A DNA stretch of 60,201 bases, taken from positions 1 through 60,201 of the forward strand of contig CAJXCW010000003.1 in NCBI GenBank assembly GCA_913051705.1, in the 5' to 3' direction. The translations under genes and the position numbers were made by a program. Under the pieces are notes generated by a model, which ran no database searches, was not told where the DNA came from, and was given only the letters and a program-made list of their open reading frames with translations. This stretch comes from an uncultured bacterium (GTDB taxonomy: Bacteria; JAAXHH01). Every line of letters starts with the position of its first letter. The stretch's first letter is position 1. Shown here piece after piece: positions 17,898-26,909 of this stretch.

Positions 17898-19742
17898 TTA
17901 CAGTCCCAACGAGTCCAGTTTTTCCCTGGTCGGTTCGCCGTCGGCGCTCCATCCGCGTAGTTCATAGTACTCCGGCAGCATTTCGCCGAGCCTGTTGACC
18001 TCGCCCTTGGTGGGGCCCGCGGGAATGGGTTCTTCGAGGAGTCGTTTAGGTAAGGTGTCGTCTTTTCCGGTGAAGCCGGCCTTTTGATTCCATATCCGCT
18101 CAATATTCCATACCCGCTCTCCCACTTCCATCAGTTTGGGCACGGAATAGGGTATGCCGGTGACCGCCGCTATCTGGGGTTGCATTTCTTCCAGGCCGAC
18201 GCCAAAGGTCAGGAAAAGACATAATCCGGTCGAGTCAACCGTAGAGGTGGCGTCCTGGAAAATCTTGGTTATTTCGGCTTTGCCTTCGGTGACCGCCGGA
18301 TCCATCTTTTCCGGTATCCCCAGGATTTCAGGCGCCACGGTATAACTTTTCAAATGGCAGGCGCCGCGGTTAGAGGTCGCGTAGCCGAGGCCCATACCCT
18401 GGATGGCTCGGGCATCGTAAGCGGGGAATTCCTGACCACGTACGCCCATGAAAAGTTCAGGATGCTCGAACTTCTCCGTCATACGCTTGGACCCCTCGGC
18501 CAGTTCGTTGCCGAACCCTTCCCGATAGGCGGTCCATTCAGCCATGGCCACGAGGGCATCGGCGTTTCCAAAATTAAAAGGCATGCCGGTCTGATCGTCG
18601 TTGAGGATGCCTTTCTCATACATTTCCATCGCTGCGGCCAGGGTTGCACCGAACGATATGGGATCCATCCCCAGTTCATTGCACAGCGCACCGGCCTTAA
18701 TCAACGCATCCAGATCGTCGATACCACAATCGGCGCCCATGGCCCAGGCATTTTCGTATTCCGGACCTTCCACCGCAATCTTCCAGTTATGTGGTCGGGT
18801 CGTGACCATAAACTTGTCCTGTGCTTCACCCGGCAACTGCGATACTCGACCACAGGCCATGGTACAACTGAAACAGGCTTTGTTTGATACCAGACGGGTA
18901 TCCGCCAGCGTCTCGCCACTGAACTTGTCCGCGGTTTCCATCTGTGCAAACTGATGGTTGTTGGCCGGCATGGCGCCGCTCTCATTGATCACATTGACAA
19001 GGACCGCTGTGCCGTAGGCGGCCAGCCCTTCACCCGTGATCGGATGTTCGGCCAGTTTGCTCTTCATCTCCCACATGGCGCCCATGAGTTTCTGCGGGTT
19101 TGCTACCGGCACGGCGCCGGTTCCGCGGACGACGATGGCTTTCAGGTTCTTGGAGCCCATGACGGTGCCGACGCCGGAACGACCTGCGGCGCGATGCCGA
19201 TCATTGACAATAGCAGCAAAACGGACCAGATTCTCGCCGGCGGGACCGATACAGGAAATGACCGCATCATGCACCCCGAATTCCTCACGGACCATATCAT
19301 CTGTTTCCCAGACGGTTTTGCCCCAGAGGTGTTCGGCGTTACGAATCTTTACCTGATCATTATATATTGATATATATGAGGGCTTCGGTGCTTTGCCTTC
19401 GAGTATCAGCATGTCGTAGCCGGCGAACTTCAACTCCGGTCCCCATGTCCCGCCCGAGTTGGACGTAGTGATGGCATTGGTCAGCGCCCCTTTGGTCACG
19501 ACCATAAACCGGGCGCTTGTAGAGACATTGGTACCGGTCATCGGGCCGGTGGCAAAGATCATCTTATTATCCGGGCTCAGTGGATCTGTGGTCGGATCCA
19601 TTTCTTCCGACAGATATTTGGCGCCGAGGCCACGCCCGCCGATAAAATCTTTGGCCCACTCCATATTGAGCGGCTCTTTCGTTATCTGGCCGGTGGTGAG
19701 ATTGATGCGTAACACCGTGCCTATCCATCCGCCTGTACTCAT
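17898..19742 (-). CDS. Tungsten-containing aldehyde:ferredoxin oxidoreductase (AOR family), paralog 2
   Basis: 614 aa, about 65% identical to paralog 1 over the N-terminal 150 aa (MSTGGWIGTVLRINLTTG...). Its start overlaps the ferredoxin stop (ATGA). Confidence 0.9.
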   Translation of the reverse strand: MSTGGWIGTVLRINLTTGQITKEPLNMEWAKDFIGGRGLGAKYLSEEMDPTTDPLSPDNKMIFATGPMTGTNVSTSARFMVVTKGALTNAITTSNSGGTWGPELKFAGYDMLILEGKAPKPSYISIYNDQVKIRNAEHLWGKTVWETDDMVREEFGVHDAVISCIGPAGENLVRFAAIVNDRHRAAGRSGVGTVMGSKNLKAIVVRGTGAVPVANPQKLMGAMWEMKSKLAEHPITGEGLAAYGTAVLVNVINESGAMPANNHQFAQMETADKFSGETLADTRLVSNKACFSCTMACGRVSQLPGEAQDKFMVTTRPHNWKIAVEGPEYENAWAMGADCGIDDLDALIKAGALCNELGMDPISFGATLAAAMEMYEKGILNDDQTGMPFNFGNADALVAMAEWTAYREGFGNELAEGSKRMTEKFEHPELFMGVRGQEFPAYDARAIQGMGLGYATSNRGACHLKSYTVAPEILGIPEKMDPAVTEGKAEITKIFQDATSTVDSTGLCLFLTFGVGLEEMQPQIAAVTGIPYSVPKLMEVGERVWNIERIWNQKAGFTGKDDTLPKRLLEEPIPAGPTKGEVNRLGEMLPEYYELRGWSADGEPTREKLDSLGL

Positions 19743-20230
19743 GCTGTGCTCCCTTCATCTATGGATGCCAGATAAGAGGCATTCACTTTTTCAGCCCAAC
19801 CACCCAGCCAATCGGCCGAGTCGCTATCGGTATATTCGATGGCTCCGGTCGGACAGGCGGTTACACAGGCTGGATCTCCATCGCAAAGATCACATTTGAA
19901 GGCTTTTTGTGTATCCGGATTATAGAATATCGTGCCGAACGGACAGGCAATGGTGCAGAGGCTGCATCCCACACAGTTGGCATCGCCGACGATCTTGGCG
20001 CCGGTATTCGAATCAATGCTGATGGCATTGACCGGACAGGCATTCATACACCAGGCTTCATCACATTGAAAGCAGGTATACGGCGCATAGCTGGCCTGTT
20101 CATCAAAGATATTGACCCTGATCAGAGATCGTGAGGGTTGGAACATACCAGTTTGTACCCAGGAGCATGCCAACTCACACTGCATGCATCCTGTGCATTT
20201 ATCGGGAATAATGCGCAGAGACTTAGCCAT
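19739..20230 (-). CDS. Polyferredoxin with four [4Fe-4S] CxxCxxCxxxCP motifs (AorA-like electron-transfer subunit)
   Basis: Four motifs: CTGCMQCELAC, CFQCDEAWCMNACP, CVGCSLCTIACP and CDLCDGDPACVTACP. AGGGGG SD. It is the first gene of the cluster. Confidence 0.85.
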   Translation of the reverse strand: MAKSLRIIPDKCTGCMQCELACSWVQTGMFQPSRSLIRVNIFDEQASYAPYTCFQCDEAWCMNACPVNAISIDSNTGAKIVGDANCVGCSLCTIACPFGTIFYNPDTQKAFKCDLCDGDPACVTACPTGAIEYTDSDSADWLGGWAEKVNASYLASIDEGSTA

Positions 20231-20681
20231 GCGACCCCCTTCGTTTTAGATTGTTGATTGTCTGATTGCAAGGCATCATGGTTCTATCATACCGTTCATG
20301 ATACGCCTGATATCAATGCATCAATAAAATGAATGGTTTTTCAGCGAATAAATGTTACGTTTCTATCATGGTGATAAAATGAAGGCCAGCACTTGGGCAT
20401 GATTAATCACGTACACAACCTTCTTATATGTGGTTAATACCCATAGTCTAATTGATTCAGAAGGCCATGTCAATAATATTATATTAAATAAATCTATATT
20501 CAATAATGGCCTGTATATTGAAGATACTAAATTTGATAATGACCGTTATTTTGTTTCCTATATGTGATATTCTAAACTTGACTTTCCAGGTGGAATTCTG
20601 AGTAATTGGTTCAGTCCCCTCAAAATCCTTAAACAGGCATCATGAGTCGATGGGTATCAATTTGTATCAAATGGGAGACCG
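20231..20681. promoter_or_regulatory. 450-bp AT-rich divergent intergenic control region (AOR operon on minus, cNMP-domain gene on plus)
   Basis: Markedly AT-rich relative to flanking DNA. No individual promoter elements could be assigned with confidence. Confidence 0.4.
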
Positions 20682-21002
20682 ATGGTTATGGCCGGGGAAC
20701 TTTCTACACATGAGAAAATTCAATTTCTGAGTGCGGTATCACTTTTTTCCGGTCTGGACTACGAACAACGAGAAAAGATCGCTTCCGTGGTTAAAAGTGA
20801 TTTTTATTCCGTAGACAGCTATATCTGCAAAGAAGGCGAAGCTGGTGATTCCATGGATCTGATTGTGGAAGGGACGGTACGTCTTGAGGTCGACGGTCTT
20901 CCTATCAGTACGCAAAGAGGCCAGGGAGAATGCATCGGAGAAATGGCGTTGATCGACATGGGACGGACGCCTATCGTTGTAATAGAAAGGCCAATGATTT
21001 GA
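20682..21002 (+). CDS. Stand-alone cyclic-nucleotide-binding (cNMP/Crp-like effector) domain protein, possibly truncated
   Basis: cNMP-binding beta-roll motifs (GEAGDSMDLIVEGTV...GECIGEMALID) but only 106 aa, with no HTH. GGGAGA SD. Confidence 0.5.
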   Translation: MVMAGELSTHEKIQFLSAVSLFSGLDYEQREKIASVVKSDFYSVDSYICKEGEAGDSMDLIVEGTVRLEVDGLPISTQRGQGECIGEMALIDMGRTPIVVIERPMI

Positions 21003-21028
21003 ACATATAGTCCTAAGGACAATTCCTA

Positions 21029-21577
21029 ATGGTAATAGTACGTTATTTTATCGGTCTGGCGCTTATTATGAACTCGATGACATCTATATCGGCTCAGGAA
21101 TTATCCTTAGGCGGTCGGCTTTTCTGGCCGGTGGTTTTGAAGATGGTCCGATCGGATTTCCCGGATGTATCTCAGATTCCAACGGATACCCTGAGCGTCT
21201 GGCTGCAAGAAGAGGAAACAGAAAACAAACCTCTGTTGCTCGATGTCAGGACCACGGAAGAGTTTGGGGTCAGTCATTTGAAAGAGGCGCATTTAACGCC
21301 CTCTGAAAAAGAAGCGGCGACTCTGTTGGCCGATGTGCCCAAAGATCGGCGTATTGTCGTATACTGTTCTGTCGGATACCGTTCCTCGGAACTGGCCGCC
21401 GGATTGATGAAACAGGGGTTTACCAATATCCACAATCTGGAAGGCTCCCTGTTTGCCTGGGCAAACGAAGGCCGTCCGGTCTACCATAACGGTCAGGCCG
21501 TCAAGGTCGTTCATCCCTACGGTGGTATATGGGGAAAGCTGCTTAAAGAGGCGTTGAGATGGAAAGAACCGGAATAA
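21029..21577 (+). CDS. Rhodanese-domain sulfurtransferase with signal peptide
   Basis: Signal peptide and active-site loop VVYCSVGYRS (CxxGxR). Confidence 0.75.
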   Translation: MVIVRYFIGLALIMNSMTSISAQELSLGGRLFWPVVLKMVRSDFPDVSQIPTDTLSVWLQEEETENKPLLLDVRTTEEFGVSHLKEAHLTPSEKEAATLLADVPKDRRIVVYCSVGYRSSELAAGLMKQGFTNIHNLEGSLFAWANEGRPVYHNGQAVKVVHPYGGIWGKLLKEALRWKEPE

Positions 21578-21667
21578 AGGCAGTGTAGAGGGAATAGATA
21601 AAAGAATGTTCCGAGTTCCGAGTTAAAAGAAAGTGAAGAGTTCAAACTTGTCACTGCTATGGAGGGT

Positions 21668-24600
21668 TTATTTTACCGGTTGGGTGATCGGCTGCCGCCG
21701 GGCTTTAATTGCGAGGAATCCCCAGCCGGCCAGCGGTAGCAGAGCAAGTATAAAGAGGACCACGCCTGATGTCTGATAGGCGACAGGTGATCGTTCCATA
21801 AAAGCCCAGGCATCGCCGGTCAGAGAGAGTAAAAAGAAGGTCATACCATAAGCCAGGATATTATCCCGCCAGAGATATCGAACCGCCAGCCATGCCATGC
21901 CCACCATAAGGCCCCCTTCTATGATACGGATGAGCGCCTGCATGGGCTCTTCGGCGTTCCCTGCACCTTGAACCAGGATAAAGGCCAGGGCGCCGGCGAT
22001 ATGAAGAGACGAAGAAAAATAATGTCGCAAGGTATAGATCACGGCGATGATGATCCCGCTCACCATCATCGCGCCCGAAAGGGATTCCAGTAAGGTTTCC
22101 AGGACAGGAGAATATGCTGCGGGGGAAGGGAGTAACCTGGCAACCCGGCCTGCACTCAGGCCGAGCATCTGCTCTCCCGCTTCCACCAGATGGTTTAAAC
22201 CGGGCAAAATGAGGCATGCCGCGTAAGAGAGGAGGATGGCCTCACGCCAGGTTAAACGAATAGCCGGGGTCTCGTATCGAATAATCTGCCGTAATCTTGT
22301 TGTTAAATCAATTTCCTCTGTTTGCATTTTTTTATACGCCGACTCCGTAAAACTGAACACAATACAGCCGACGATCATAAAGATCAGCATGCCGATGACC
22401 AGCCCCACCGCCCCGTTCATGATGAGATACAGGACCAAGCTGATGGATGTCGGGTAGCCGGCCAGTAATTCGTCGGGCGCGTTGAACATAGGAAGCGTGT
22501 TCAGGATCGTATACAATCCAGCCGCAGTCAGACTGAATCGCCAATTAATCTGTCTTGCACGAATCCAGAGGATCATGATACGCAAACCCAGTGCCAGGAA
22601 ACCGCCGATGAATAGAATGCTGAACACCCACCCGATAATGCTTGCCGTGGTGGTTTCCCTCTCCTCGCGGACCCAGGCTTCGGGCGGTTTAAAAAATGGA
22701 CGTATCCGAACCGGTTCGTTGCCCTGTACCTCTACCTGGATACGGAATGTACCATCCCCTATCTTCTGAAGGCTGTCTTCCCAGACGAACGAATGATCGA
22801 TACGCGCCTCACGGCGATTCTGATCCGACTCAACCAGCCTGTACGAGGTCAGATCCAACTCCTGATCCATCAAGGCCGTCTGCGCCAGCAGTTGTGCGGT
22901 TTCTTCCGAGAGCGTATCGCTCTGCGCCTCCTCTGCTATACGATGGTCATATTCAATCACGCGACCATCATGCGACACCCGAAGGCGGTATTCTTCTTTC
23001 TCAAGGGATTTGAAATAACGAATGCGCCAGAAAGCGGGTTCGAGACGCGCCTGATATATTTCGTTCAACTTTGATAGACCTGCCTCTTCACGGATATACT
23101 TATTACTCAATGGAGATTGAGATACAGCTGTCCTGAACGTGGCTGCTGTGATAAACGATCTGGTATCAACACCGCGTTGGGTCAGATACTCATCCGCTAC
23201 ATCGATGGCCTGCTGCCGGTCCAGGCGAACTTCCATAAAGTCCAGGAAACGTTCGACAGGCAGCAAGGTGATTGCCCCCACACTCAACAGGAGGACCAGG
23301 CCGACAAGGCTGATGATGCGCGTACTCAGGACCGAGGGCGTCCCCGCCAACGCAGGTTGAATTTCTACCGAAGGGGGTGGCTCTATAACCGTCGGCGGTT
23401 CAGCAGGCCGTTGGTTATCTATTTGTTCCGCCACGGCCGCATTCAGCATAAAGGGATGATGCTCAAGTCGTCGCCGGAAGAGCGCGATAAGCGCTGGGAT
23501 GAGTGGGATCAACAACAGGCCGACGACAATCACGCCGGAGACCTGAAAATACAACCGGGAAGACTGAAATAAAAAAAGGCTCAACAAGAGCGCATCATAG
23601 GCATAATGGGCGATAAGCGTGCTTATAATCCCGAATCGTAAAAACACATACCCGAACATAATCCCCACGAGGGTTAACTCGAAACCACGAATAAAGAAGG
23701 GTTGTTGCGGATAATTACTGTGGAGGAAACCCCAGAGAATCGCAGGAATGAGCACGGCGATAAAATTGGATTTGATAAACCGCTTCAGAAAGCAAATGGC
23801 GACCAGCCGGAAAAGAAATTCTTCGAGGATAGACGCCTGGAGCCCTATAGACAGTGGAAAGAGCCAGGGCATAGTCGTACTGGCCATATCGGTATAATCT
23901 ACCGCAGCAGGTGACCAGACCCCGAATTCATTACCAATCAGATAAAACGCGGTGATGTATCCGAGCATGACCGGAGGGATCAGATAACCGATCACACTGC
24001 CCATGAAATACTCTTTGGTTCGCAACACTGGTTTTGAAAAGATCCATTCCGGCGCTATTTTATCAGGCAGAATGGATCGATAGGATACGCTGCCCACTGC
24101 GCCGGCCATGGTAATGAACAACAGAATAAATCCGGCGCTGATGAAAGCGCTGAGCAACAGTTGAATATAAAAACTCTGGAGAGAATCCGTCGTAGCATAG
24201 GAGGTCAGGCTGAGTGGCAACAGATTGATAGACAGCGCGATAGTTGTTACCCCTATAATTACGCCGCTGATGGTGCCGAATCGCCAGGTGGAGCGGAGAA
24301 AAAGATGCTGTGAAATAGCTTTGATAAACAGGATAAGAATGACCACAATCACAGCAGCCCAGCCTATTTGCGCTACGGCCTGTGTCGCTTCATTCCGGGA
24401 TCTTATGCGCACGTAATCCCGTTTCCAGGCTTCAGGAATTTTCAAATACTCGAAATAGCCGCCGACACGATCTCCCTGTATGGTGACCATGAACCTTACG
24501 GTGGCCTCTTTTGCCTTGAAATCCTTCCGTTCCCAGGTAAATGTATGGTCCGTCCTGAAGTCGAGGACATTTGTATTGGATTCTACCAGACGGTAGTCGG

Positions 24601-25108
24601 TCAAGACCAGCGACCGGGTATCCCGAAGGAAAAGCTCCGCTGCTTCCCGGGCTTCCTGCTCGGAGAGATTGGGCCCTGGCCTTGTTTCCTCTATCTCATG
24701 ATGGAATCCGACTAACCCACCGTCCGGACTTACAGCAACGAAAAATTCTTCCTGTTCCTGGGGGCGATAAAAACGGGTATTCCACTGCCAGACGGGGACC
24801 TCGGAGGCCATCATCCGGTTGGCTGTCTCCAGCCCGAGTTCACGTTCAAGATATATTTTAGCCTGATCATCAAAACCAAAGGTGGTGACAGCCCGGTAAG
24901 TGGACGGCCGATAGCCCTGAATGGTCAAGATGTCCTTTGCTGCCTCTTCCGCCTCCGTGCGAGTAAGCTGAAAGTCGATCGAGGCGGAAGGGAAAGCGGA
25001 TTCGTGATAATTAAAGACGATCACCAGGCCAATGACTGCTGCCAGCGCCCACAGGGCGATCGTCCGTTTGTCCTTGGAGGTCAGGGAGGTGAGGGTGGGT
25101 TGGGACAT
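21668..25108 (-). CDS. Giant (1146 aa) polytopic membrane protein, an internal tandem duplication of [PepSY-like extracytoplasmic domains + CPBP/CAAX-protease-type (Abi) multi-TM domain]
   Basis: First half: EEFLFRLVAICFL...FLHSNY are CPBP motifs 1-3. Two homologous ~200-aa soluble segments (LSEQEAREAAELFLRD...YRLVESNTNVLDFRTDHTFTWE and LSEETAQLLAQTALMDQ...YRLVESDQNRREARIDHSFVWE) each precede about 8 TM helices. The second half has lost the EExxxR motif. Confidence 0.7.
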   Translation of the reverse strand: MSQPTLTSLTSKDKRTIALWALAAVIGLVIVFNYHESAFPSASIDFQLTRTEAEEAAKDILTIQGYRPSTYRAVTTFGFDDQAKIYLERELGLETANRMMASEVPVWQWNTRFYRPQEQEEFFVAVSPDGGLVGFHHEIEETRPGPNLSEQEAREAAELFLRDTRSLVLTDYRLVESNTNVLDFRTDHTFTWERKDFKAKEATVRFMVTIQGDRVGGYFEYLKIPEAWKRDYVRIRSRNEATQAVAQIGWAAVIVVILILFIKAISQHLFLRSTWRFGTISGVIIGVTTIALSINLLPLSLTSYATTDSLQSFYIQLLLSAFISAGFILLFITMAGAVGSVSYRSILPDKIAPEWIFSKPVLRTKEYFMGSVIGYLIPPVMLGYITAFYLIGNEFGVWSPAAVDYTDMASTTMPWLFPLSIGLQASILEEFLFRLVAICFLKRFIKSNFIAVLIPAILWGFLHSNYPQQPFFIRGFELTLVGIMFGYVFLRFGIISTLIAHYAYDALLLSLFLFQSSRLYFQVSGVIVVGLLLIPLIPALIALFRRRLEHHPFMLNAAVAEQIDNQRPAEPPTVIEPPPSVEIQPALAGTPSVLSTRIISLVGLVLLLSVGAITLLPVERFLDFMEVRLDRQQAIDVADEYLTQRGVDTRSFITAATFRTAVSQSPLSNKYIREEAGLSKLNEIYQARLEPAFWRIRYFKSLEKEEYRLRVSHDGRVIEYDHRIAEEAQSDTLSEETAQLLAQTALMDQELDLTSYRLVESDQNRREARIDHSFVWEDSLQKIGDGTFRIQVEVQGNEPVRIRPFFKPPEAWVREERETTTASIIGWVFSILFIGGFLALGLRIMILWIRARQINWRFSLTAAGLYTILNTLPMFNAPDELLAGYPTSISLVLYLIMNGAVGLVIGMLIFMIVGCIVFSFTESAYKKMQTEEIDLTTRLRQIIRYETPAIRLTWREAILLSYAACLILPGLNHLVEAGEQMLGLSAGRVARLLPSPAAYSPVLETLLESLSGAMMVSGIIIAVIYTLRHYFSSSLHIAGALAFILVQGAGNAEEPMQALIRIIEGGLMVGMAWLAVRYLWRDNILAYGMTFFLLSLTGDAWAFMERSPVAYQTSGVVLFILALLPLAGWGFLAIKARRQPITQPVK

Positions 25109-25136
25109 GGTGATAGTTTAAAGGATGGAATCACGC

Positions 25137-26192
25137 CTAACCAATCCGGCGAACAATGTCATCCCCAACTTCTGTGGTGGAGGATGCGCCCCCGATATCG
25201 GGGGTACGGATCTTATTTTCTCGTATATTATCGGCTACGGCCTGACGGATGAGTGCGCCTGCGTCGCTTTCACCGAGGAATTCGATCATCATTGCGGCCG
25301 CCAGAATGGTGGCCAGCGGATTGACCAGTCCTTTGCCGATTAATTCAAAAGCCGATCCGTGTACCGGTTCAAACATGGAAGGAGATTGTCGGCTGGGGTT
25401 CAGATTCGCACTGGGGGCCAGGCCCATGCTGCCGATTATTACAGCCGAAATGTCGGTCAGGATGTCTCCGAAAAGGTTGGAGGCGACCACCACATCAAAA
25501 TCTTCGGGACGTCGAACGAAATCCATGGCGGCGGCGTCGATGAGCAAAGACTCCGTTTCTATATCCGGATAATCCTTTTCCACTTCCTGGAATACCTCAT
25601 CCCAGAAAACCATACTATAGCCTTGCGCATTCGATTTGGTAATGGAGGTGACCTTGTTCTTTTTTTGACGACGGCGGGCTTCTTCAAAGGCATATCGGAT
25701 GATACGCTCTGTACCGTGCCGGGTAAATACCGCTGTTTGTACAGCGACTTCCTGATTGGTGTGTTGATAAAGCCTTCCGCCTACGTCCGCATACTCCCCT
25801 TCCGTATTTTCACGGAGGACAACCAGGTCGATATCGCCTCCGGATTTGCCGACCAGGGGTGATTGCACCCCGTCGTACAGATAGCCCGGCCGCACACAGG
25901 CATACTGGTCAAACCGGCGACGAATCGGCAGAATCAGGTTATTAAGGGTAATATGGTCCTGGATTTCCGCATCCCCCACCGCGCCAAAAAAGATGGCGTC
26001 ATAATTCGCCACTTCATCGAGTCCGCCTTCCGGAATAAACCGGCCGGTCTGCCGATAGTAGTCTGAACTCCATCCGAAATCCGTGAAGGTAAAGGTCGGG
26101 GCACTCAGGGCCTGCAGCGCCTTTTTGCCTTCATTAATTACCTCAGGACCAACACCGTCACCGCTGATGACGGCGATATTGTAGTGGGACAT
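25137..26192 (-). CDS. Isocitrate/isopropylmalate dehydrogenase-family enzyme (LeuB / tartrate dehydrogenase-like)
   Basis: IAVISGDGVGPEV N-terminus and the NLFGDILTD signature. AGGAG SD. Confidence 0.85.
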   Translation of the reverse strand: MSHYNIAVISGDGVGPEVINEGKKALQALSAPTFTFTDFGWSSDYYRQTGRFIPEGGLDEVANYDAIFFGAVGDAEIQDHITLNNLILPIRRRFDQYACVRPGYLYDGVQSPLVGKSGGDIDLVVLRENTEGEYADVGGRLYQHTNQEVAVQTAVFTRHGTERIIRYAFEEARRRQKKNKVTSITKSNAQGYSMVFWDEVFQEVEKDYPDIETESLLIDAAAMDFVRRPEDFDVVVASNLFGDILTDISAVIIGSMGLAPSANLNPSRQSPSMFEPVHGSAFELIGKGLVNPLATILAAAMMIEFLGESDAGALIRQAVADNIRENKIRTPDIGGASSTTEVGDDIVRRIG

Positions 26193-26212
26193 AGAAACTC
26201 CTTAAAAAGATA

Positions 26213-26288
26213 GTTCCGAGTTCGGAGTTTCGAGTTCGGAGTTTAAAAATGCACCCTTAAGACTCGGAACTTTCAACTCGGAACTTTT
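26213..26288. repeat. Large imperfect hairpin built from GTTCCGA/GTTCGGA heptamer tandem repeats (terminator candidate)
   Basis: GTTCCGAGTTCGGAGTTTCGAGTTCGGAGTTT ... GACTCGGAACTTTCAACTCGGAACTTTT. Confidence 0.6.
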
Positions 26289-26827
26289 CACTCGCATTTA
26301 CCACACACCCACGCCGCCCTGAGCATGCCGTCGGTTGGAATTTCGGTGTCGTAATCCGGTTTAACAAAAACGTTGGTCTCCCCGCAAAAGTCACATTTCC
26401 CGCGTTGTTTCTTTTCGGGTCGACCGGCAATTTTAATGGCCAGATCATCTTTTTCGATGACCGGTTTTGAAAACATATTGGCAAAACCAAGTACCTGTCG
26501 ATCCTTCTCCGACGCCAGGGTACGTTTCAGGATGGGTTCGAAGGCCGGATCGGACGGACAGCCGCCGTCCTCGAGGGTATGCCAGGCCTGACGTCGCACC
26601 TTTATATCCGAATCCTCCATCATACGATAGAGCGCTTCCCATACTTCTTCATTACGATGCCGAACATGGCATGGACAGAAATAGCTCGCTGCAAGGAGGC
26701 GGTCTTCCGGATCATGACTTCGAGACAGGCCAAGCAGTTCTTCGATTTCTTCTTTACCGACCCGTTCCTCTCCTCTTTTATGGGCCGCTTTCTGATGCTT
26801 ATTCATCCCCTGTGTTCGTTTACTCAT
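26288..26827 (-). CDS. HEAT/PBS-lyase-like repeat protein with C-terminal CxxC...CxxC zinc-ribbon
   Basis: HEAT-like repeats (DPEDRLLAASYF..., DIKVRRQAWHTL...) and a C-terminal CDFCGETN...CGKCE. Start re-placed at MSKRTQG, with a GGAGG SD 6 nt upstream. Confidence 0.5.
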   Translation of the reverse strand: MSKRTQGMNKHQKAAHKRGEERVGKEEIEELLGLSRSHDPEDRLLAASYFCPCHVRHRNEEVWEALYRMMEDSDIKVRRQAWHTLEDGGCPSDPAFEPILKRTLASEKDRQVLGFANMFSKPVIEKDDLAIKIAGRPEKKQRGKCDFCGETNVFVKPDYDTEIPTDGMLRAAWVCGKCE

Positions 26828-26843
26828 GATGGCCTCCTGAGTC

Positions 26844-26909
26844 GTTCCGGGTTCCGAGTTGAAAACTATTTCCTGTTTTACTCTGAACTTTCCACTCGGA
26901 ACTCGGAAC
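26844..26909. repeat. Inverted repeat of CCGAGTT-type heptamers (hairpin between FAH-family and HEAT genes)
   Basis: GTTCCGGGTTCCGAGTTGAAAAC ... GAACTTTCCACTCGGAACTCGGAAC. Confidence 0.6.

Noticed and set aside
20231-20300. Sigma-54 (-24/-12) promoter upstream of the ferredoxin/AOR operon
   Set aside because: A TTGCA-like element is present (CCTTGCAA), but there is no GG at the required -24 spacing.
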